Source of the DNA: Burkholderiales bacterium
GTDB lineage: Bacteria > Vulcanimicrobiota > Xenobia > Xenobiales > Xenobiaceae
NCBI GenBank assembly: GCA_012799975.1
Contig: JAAZKF010000120.1
Location: 1 to 49,903 of the forward strand
Direction of reading: 5' to 3'
DNA length: 49,903 nucleotides
This document shows positions 44,832-49,903 of this stretch, piece after piece. A program made the translations under genes and the position numbers. The number at the start of each line of letters is the position of its first letter. Position 1 is the stretch's first letter. The notes below the pieces were generated by a model. It ran no database searches and had not been told where the DNA came from. It saw only the letters and a list, made by a program, of their open reading frames with translations.

Positions 44832-46112
44832 TTGAAGGATGAGACCGATACCCTGGACGCCGCTCTGGCCGGGCACATCCTGGCGCGCATGGGCGAGGCG
44901 GGACAACCCCCCGAGCACGGGATCCGCCACGTCAACGTGGGCAATGAGCACTTCCTGGAGATCCTGCGCGTCGAGTATCTCGACCGCCTGCTGAGCCAGT
45001 CCCGGGGATCGGCCTTCAAACTTGTCCAAGGTTATTATGGAGGGGGGAAGACCCACTTCCTGTACTGTGTCCGTGATCTGGCCTGGGAGAAGGGTTTCCT
45101 GACGGCCCTGGTCAGTCTTTCTCCCCAGGAGTGCCCTTACGAGGACCCCTATCTGGTCTATCGGGCCGTCGCCGGCCAGGTGGCCGCGGCGCCAGCCGGG
45201 CCGGGGCTGGAACAGACGCGCGGCATTGCGGACGTTCTGCGCGATCTGGTCGAAGAGGTCCTGCTCCCACTGCCAGCGGCCGAGCGGGCTCACTGGCTCA
45301 GCCGGAGCGCCCTGCGCTTCCCGGTTGACAGTCACAGCTACCGGCGTGCCGCCGCGGAGTTCCTGCGCTGCGTGGTGGAGGAGGATCGCGAAGGCGAGTT
45401 GATCCTGGAAGCCTGGTTGCGCGGGGATGCCGTTCCCCGCAGTGATCTCCGTCGTTTCGGAATTTTCGAGACCATCGAACGGCCCAACTCCTTCCAGGCC
45501 CTGCGCAGCCTGTGCCAGGTCCTGGTGGGCTATGGGTTCCCCGGGCTGGTCCTTATGTTCGACGAGGCGGATCGCAATCTGTCGATCTCCAGTCGTCGCA
45601 TCCAGGCCTTGGGGGATAACCTCCGCCAGGTGATCGACCTTTGCGGTGCTTCGCAGTTGCCTGGGGTCCTTTTCCTGTATGCCGTGCCCCCCGAGTTCCT
45701 CCGCCTAGTGGTTCCCGAGTATCCGGCCTTGGATCAGCGCCTGCGCAGCCCGGTGCCCATGTCCCGACACAGCCCCCAGGCGGCATTGATCGACCTCGAG
45801 CAGATGTCCCTGGGGACCGAGAGCCTGTTGGAGGGGATCGGCACGAAACTCCTGGCGGTCTTCAAAGCGGCCTATGACTGGGAACCCACCCTGGCCATAC
45901 AGCAGGGTAACCTGCAGGCCCTGGCCCGGGCTTCGGCGCGCTTCAGCCTGGAGATCGGCCATCGCCGGCACTTCGTCAAGACCTGGGTGGCCTTTCTTCA
46001 GCAACAGAGGTTGCGAGGCGAGTCATGGCTCTCGGACGAGGGTGCCGAGGCCCTGCTCTCCCAGGGCTTCCTCGCGGCTTCGTCCGATGATCAGGACTTC
46101 TCCGATGTCTGA
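44832..46112 (+). CDS. P-loop NTPase, tentatively DUF2791/BrxD-like (paralog 1)
   Basis: The TTG at 44832 lies 9 nt after AAGGAG and 4 nt after the upstream stop. Walker A is QGYYGGGKTHF (about 45030-45056) and Walker B is LVLMFDEADR (about 45546-45572). It is collinear with the next gene (VG.E...L, G.YG.GKTH.L, VYRA, hhhFDEA). Confidence 0.65.
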   Translation: MKDETDTLDAALAGHILARMGEAGQPPEHGIRHVNVGNEHFLEILRVEYLDRLLSQSRGSAFKLVQGYYGGGKTHFLYCVRDLAWEKGFLTALVSLSPQECPYEDPYLVYRAVAGQVAAAPAGPGLEQTRGIADVLRDLVEEVLLPLPAAERAHWLSRSALRFPVDSHSYRRAAAEFLRCVVEEDREGELILEAWLRGDAVPRSDLRRFGIFETIERPNSFQALRSLCQVLVGYGFPGLVLMFDEADRNLSISSRRIQALGDNLRQVIDLCGASQLPGVLFLYAVPPEFLRLVVPEYPALDQRLRSPVPMSRHSPQAALIDLEQMSLGTESLLEGIGTKLLAVFKAAYDWEPTLAIQQGNLQALARASARFSLEIGHRRHFVKTWVAFLQQQRLRGESWLSDEGAEALLSQGFLAASSDDQDFSDV

Positions 46113-46127
46113 GCGGGACTTTCGAGC

Positions 46128-47618
46128 ATGAACGCTCCGTGGCAGCCCGGCGATGAGGTCTTCCATCCGGCCTATGGTCGAGGGCGGGTGAACCGCCTGA
46201 TCCGGGGAGGCCGCTACCTGCTAGTCCTCTTTGAAGGCCGGCGACTTCTCTCCCAGGTCTCTGCTCATGAGCTGGCCGGGCCTTCCCGCCCGAGGCTGGC
46301 CCCGGCACGTGCTCCGAAGGGATGGACGCCCCGTCGGGACTCGCCTCCGCCTGCCCGGGTTTCGGTAGAAGCCCTGTTGCCTCGGGGGGTTTCCGGCGAG
46401 CATCAAGCCTTGCAGGTTCTGGAGGCCTTGCGGGTGGGCGTGGCTCCCCGACAACTGGTGGAACTGTACACGGTGGGCCGAGAACGGGAGATGGCCCTGG
46501 TGGACGCGGATCTGGACCAGGTCCCTGGAGGGGGGGCGGCCCGGGTCTTCCTGGGCGACTATGGCGCCGGCAAGACCCACATGTTGGAGTGCATCGAGGA
46601 ACGGGCCCTGCGCCGGAATCTGCTGGTGGCCAGAGTGACCCTGGACGAGAGGGAGGTGGCGGCCAGCCATCCGCGTCGGGTCTATCGGGCCCTGGTGCAG
46701 AACCTGGCATATCCGGACCGGGTCGACCGGCCAGGTCTGGAACCGTTGCTGGAGGCCGCCTGCGAGAAGAACCTGGACCGCTGGTTGCGGCGCGGGTCGC
46801 CGCGCCATCACCACTACCTCTCACCGGCGCTGGCCTACTTCCGGGAACTGCGCGAGCCCCAGAAGGACCGGCCCTTGCGAGAGTCTCTGTTGGACTGGCT
46901 GGAAGGCCATCCGACGGTCTCCAATACCGAACTGGGCCCGGCCTTGCGCCGGGCTACGGGCCTGCGAGGTCAGCGCCTGTACGCGTTGCAGGACCACCGC
47001 ACCCTGGCCCACCTGTATGCCTACCTCCTGGGAGGGATATCGGTCCTGGCTCGCGATCTGGGATACGCCGGGTTGGCCGTCCTCTTCGATGAGGCGGAAT
47101 TCTACAGCCTGCTCTCCGGACAGGGGCGCGAGTTCGCCAATCTGCTTTTCGGTTACTACGCGGCAGCGGCCCTGGGGCCCGAGAAGGTTGCCTTTGACAT
47201 CCACTCGGCGGCTCGGGGAGGGCACCTGGTCCACCGGTCCTTTCCCCCGATCTTCGCTCCGGTCCAAGGCATCTACTGCGTCTTCGCCTTGACCGAGGAC
47301 CCCGTCGGATTGCAGGCCTTGCAGACCATCCTGGGGGAAGAGTATTTCACCCGCCTGACTCCCCTGGACCTGGAGCACTTCCAGGAACTGTGTCGCCGGG
47401 TGCTGGAACTCTATCGCCGGACCTATCCGGCCTTTACCGCGGCCGACCAGGTCGATCGCCCCATGGGTGAGGTCGTCTATCAGGGAGTCGAGCGGGGTGT
47501 CTTCGAGAATCCTCGTCAGGTTTTGAAGTTCGTGGTAGAACTTCTGGACTACTCGCGTCTCTGCCGGGACAGGATCCCCGAGTACGTGCGCGAGTTGCGA
47601 GGGCACCTGACAGGGTGA
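46128..47618 (+). CDS. P-loop NTPase, tentatively DUF2791/BrxD-like (paralog 2), with an N-terminal Tudor/SH3-like domain
   Basis: The N-terminus PGDEVFHPAYGRGRVNRLIRGGRYLLVLFEG (about 46140-46277) fits the GDxVxHxx(F/W/Y)GxGxV pattern of the PcrA/UvrD C-terminal Tudor domain. Walker A is GDYGAGKTHM (about 46554-46580) and Walker B is LAVLFDEAEF (about 47073-47102). Confidence 0.65.
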   Translation: MNAPWQPGDEVFHPAYGRGRVNRLIRGGRYLLVLFEGRRLLSQVSAHELAGPSRPRLAPARAPKGWTPRRDSPPPARVSVEALLPRGVSGEHQALQVLEALRVGVAPRQLVELYTVGREREMALVDADLDQVPGGGAARVFLGDYGAGKTHMLECIEERALRRNLLVARVTLDEREVAASHPRRVYRALVQNLAYPDRVDRPGLEPLLEAACEKNLDRWLRRGSPRHHHYLSPALAYFRELREPQKDRPLRESLLDWLEGHPTVSNTELGPALRRATGLRGQRLYALQDHRTLAHLYAYLLGGISVLARDLGYAGLAVLFDEAEFYSLLSGQGREFANLLFGYYAAAALGPEKVAFDIHSAARGGHLVHRSFPPIFAPVQGIYCVFALTEDPVGLQALQTILGEEYFTRLTPLDLEHFQELCRRVLELYRRTYPAFTAADQVDRPMGEVVYQGVERGVFENPRQVLKFVVELLDYSRLCRDRIPEYVRELRGHLTG

Positions 47619-49669
47619 AGGACCTGCGGGCCTGCCTGCCGCGGACCTGGTATGCCTTCCTGGCCCGCCATCCGCGTCCCCGCCCCATCCAGGTCCTGGC
47701 TGCCCGGCCGATCCTGGAGGGGAAGGCTGTCCTGCTGGCTTCGGCCACCGCCTCCGGCAAGACCGAGGCTTATGTGGCGCCCCTGGTGGAACTCTGGCTG
47801 GAGGACATGCGCGCCGGGGTGACCCGCATCCTGGTCGTCAGCCCTACCCGGGCCTTGGTCAACGACCTGGCCCGGCGCCTGGAGACTCCATTGCGCCGCT
47901 GTGGGGTTCGCGCTCAACGGCGCACCGGCGACCATCCCCGACCCCTGGAGGGCTCGCGCGCCGGGATCCTGCTGACCACCCCCGAGTCCCTGGACTCGCT
48001 GCTCTCGCGTCATGCCCGCAACCTGGGAGCGGTTCGCGCCGTGGTCCTGGACGAGCTCCATGTCTTGGAGGGAAATGCCCGGGGAGACCAGCTCCGGGTC
48101 CTGCTGGAACGTCTGGAACGGGTAGTCCAGGCCTTGGGCGGTCCGGCCCCCCAGCGCCTGGCGGCGACAGCCACCTTGGGGCGGGCCTCGGAGGTAGCTC
48201 AGCAATTCCTGGGTGCCGGCGCCGTGCTGGCCCAGATAGAGTCCCCCCGGGACATCCAGATGCATATCCGGACCGTGGAGACCCCCGGACTCCTCCAGAG
48301 CAGCCTGCTGCAGGCGTGCCTGGAGCTGTCGGCCCGCAAGGTCCTGGCCTTCGTCCCTTCCAGGGCGGATGCCGAGGACCTGGCCGTGGTCCTGGCCGGT
48401 CGCCCTCCCTTTCATTCGGCTGTGAAGGTGCATCACGGCAGCCTCTCCCGCCAGGAACGCGAGCACGTCGAGCAGACCCTGCTTCGGGCGGAGGCGGCTT
48501 TGTGCCTGACGACTCCGACGCTGGAAGTGGGAATCGACGTGGGAGATGTGGATCTGGTGGCCCTGCTGGGACCCCCTCCGGACGTGACCTCCTTCCTGCA
48601 GCGGATCGGCCGGGGGAATCGCCGTTCGGGAGCCTGCCAGGTCCTGGCCCTGGCGCGTTCGGTGGGCGAGGCGGCCCGCTTTGCCCACCTGGCGGAGTGC
48701 GCGCGGGCGGGGCGCCTGCTGCCTCAGGTGCGCCCTTTCCGAAGTTCGGTGCTGGTGCAACAAGCCTTCTCCTTGCTCTTCCAGAACCCTCGTCGTTTCG
48801 TGTCCGGGGCCGCCTTAAGCGGAAGGCTCCCCCCTGGTCTGGTCCGCCGTTTCGGACCCGAGCGCTGCGACGAATTGTTGGCCCACCTCTGCGATGAGGA
48901 GTGGCTGGTTCCCGTCGCTACCGGCCGCTTCGGTCCCAGTCCCCGATTGTTGCAGTTCTTCGAAAGGGGGAAGATCCACCACAACCTGGATGCCGAGGGC
49001 TCGGAGGAAGATCGGGTGGAGGTGGTCGACGAACAGACCGGGCGTCTGTTGGGCCACGTGTATCGGGATGCCCAGGGCAATCTGCCGGAGGAGATCAGCC
49101 TGGGGGGACATAGACGTCGCATCGTGGCAGACCACGGTCGCCAGATCCGCTCGCGAGCGACCGGGAAGGGCCGGGCAGAGTTCCGCTCCCGGGGCTCTGC
49201 CGAGGTTTCGGCCGAATTGGCGGCAGACCTGGCCCGCTACCTGGGCGTCGACCCGCGGCACCTTCCCACCGTCAGGAAGGATGGGAGCTTGCTGGTAGGT
49301 CACTTCCTGGGTTCGGCTCGGGCTCGCCTGCTGCGCGAGGCCCTGCGGGATGCGGTCGGGACCGGTGCCGGGGCAGGTCCTTTCCTGGCCTGGCTTCCGA
49401 TCTCGGCCGACTGGCCGGGAAATCTGGACACCGCCAGCCTGCGACGACTGCTTGCGAGTCGCCGCCGCAGGCTGGGACGCTCCCTCGGAGCGGGCCCCTG
49501 GGCCAGCGCCTTGCCCGGCGACTGGTTGTTGGAGGACCTGGAGGCTATGGCGGATCCCCAGGGGACGGCGCAGTCCCTGGCCGGCCGGGTGCTGACCCCG
49601 GCGGAGCCGCACCTGGCCGAAATCCTGGTGGGCCTGCTGCCCTCGTGGAAGAGCAAATCCGCCCTGTAG
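47615..49669 (+). CDS. Superfamily-2 DExH-box helicase (Lhr/BrxHI-like)
   Basis: The GTG start overlaps the upstream stop (GTGA at 47615-47618). Motif I is ASATASGKTEAY (GKT at 47756-47764), motif II is VVLDELHVL (about 48041-48061), motif III is ATATLG and motif VI is LQRIGRGNRR (about 48599-48625). The stop lies at the composition break with the IS21 end. Confidence 0.8.
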   Translation: MKDLRACLPRTWYAFLARHPRPRPIQVLAARPILEGKAVLLASATASGKTEAYVAPLVELWLEDMRAGVTRILVVSPTRALVNDLARRLETPLRRCGVRAQRRTGDHPRPLEGSRAGILLTTPESLDSLLSRHARNLGAVRAVVLDELHVLEGNARGDQLRVLLERLERVVQALGGPAPQRLAATATLGRASEVAQQFLGAGAVLAQIESPRDIQMHIRTVETPGLLQSSLLQACLELSARKVLAFVPSRADAEDLAVVLAGRPPFHSAVKVHHGSLSRQEREHVEQTLLRAEAALCLTTPTLEVGIDVGDVDLVALLGPPPDVTSFLQRIGRGNRRSGACQVLALARSVGEAARFAHLAECARAGRLLPQVRPFRSSVLVQQAFSLLFQNPRRFVSGAALSGRLPPGLVRRFGPERCDELLAHLCDEEWLVPVATGRFGPSPRLLQFFERGKIHHNLDAEGSEEDRVEVVDEQTGRLLGHVYRDAQGNLPEEISLGGHRRRIVADHGRQIRSRATGKGRAEFRSRGSAEVSAELAADLARYLGVDPRHLPTVRKDGSLLVGHFLGSARARLLREALRDAVGTGAGAGPFLAWLPISADWPGNLDTASLRRLLASRRRRLGRSLGAGPWASALPGDWLLEDLEAMADPQGTAQSLAGRVLTPAEPHLAEILVGLLPSWKSKSAL

Positions 49670-49903
49670 ATGTAAACAGTGCCTCGAGTGTCCGCGCTAC
49701 TCTAAAACAGACCCCTTTGAAGCCAAACGCTAGCTGAAAAGAGACCCCCCCTTGAGCCCGAAAGTCTGACCCGAGCCAGTGGAAATTTTTCAAGTTTTCT
49801 GGCTTTCGGGAGAGAGGATGCTCAATGTGGTAGATTACGAGGTCATTCGAAGGCTGCACTTCAAGGAGCACTGGTCGATCAAGAGGTTGGCCCGGGAACT
49901 CGA
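49665..49903 (+). mobile_element. Left end of an IS21-family insertion sequence (partial; continues beyond the window)
   Basis: GC drops sharply after about 49670. TGT-initiated candidate termini lie at 49665 and 49671. Two direct repeats, AAAACAGACCCCTTTGAAGCC (about 49704-49724) and AAAAGAGACCCCCCCTTGAGCC (about 49737-49758), resemble the multiple IstA-binding repeats at IS21 ends. The istA N-terminus follows. Confidence 0.6.
49818..49903 (+). CDS. istA: IS21-family transposase IstA, N-terminal HTH (partial)
   Basis: The ATG at 49818 follows GAGAGAGG. MLNVVDYEVIRRLHFKEHWSIKRLAREL matches the typical IstA start (M..V.....IRRLH.-EG.SIK.IAREL). The ORF is open at the window end. Confidence 0.7.
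   Translation, partial: MLNVVDYEVIRRLHFKEHWSIKRLAREL

Noticed and set aside
1-49903. Search for CRISPR arrays, rRNA, tRNA, tmRNA, RNase P and SRP RNA signatures
   Set aside because: I found no regularly spaced direct repeats and no conserved RNA-gene signatures by eye. Intergenic space is too small almost everywhere to hold such genes. A proper tRNAscan or Infernal run is still advisable.

Overview
High-GC (about 65% by eye), very gene-dense bacterial chromosomal window. I call about 47 protein genes, many joined by 4-nt start/stop overlaps (ATGA, GTGA, TTGA). I saw no rRNA, tRNA or CRISPR array. Most of the window is housekeeping or envelope-related. Examples are yqeG-like HAD phosphatase, TrmH methyltransferase, an LptA-like protein, murQ, a SpoIID/LytB protein, a Ycf46-like AAA+ ATPase, a 1,664-aa alpha-2-macroglobulin without a thioester motif, surE, fabZ, a tryptophanase-family lyase, cutA, and a cdaA-cdaR-glmM operon. 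The gene mix (Ycf46-like, YqeG, YqzL, SpoIID, cdaA-cdaR-glmM plus LptA) suggests a diderm Terrabacteria or cyanobacteria-related lineage, but that is only an inference. The most interesting region is 43949-49669. It is a tightly coupled four-gene cluster fused to the 3' end of the glmM operon. It encodes an unrecognisable 292-aa protein, two paralogous P-loop ATPases that look BrxD/DUF2791-like (the second has a PcrA/UvrD-type Tudor-like N-terminus), and a DExH helicase. It recalls the ATPase-plus-helicase cores of type 2 BREX accessories or Shango, but no methyltransferase, PglZ or TerB partner is visible. It abuts the left end of an IS21-family element that starts at about 49665-49671 and runs off the window. 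A second notable signal is a roughly 55-nt intergenic element present in two copies (17270-17324 and 40501-40557), which share a 25-nt identical core and a covarying hairpin. One copy is bracketed by a 19-nt inverted repeat. Many ORF-track entries are antisense shadow ORFs or over-extended N-termini. I re-assigned starts using Shine-Dalgarno positions, signal peptides and third-position GC.
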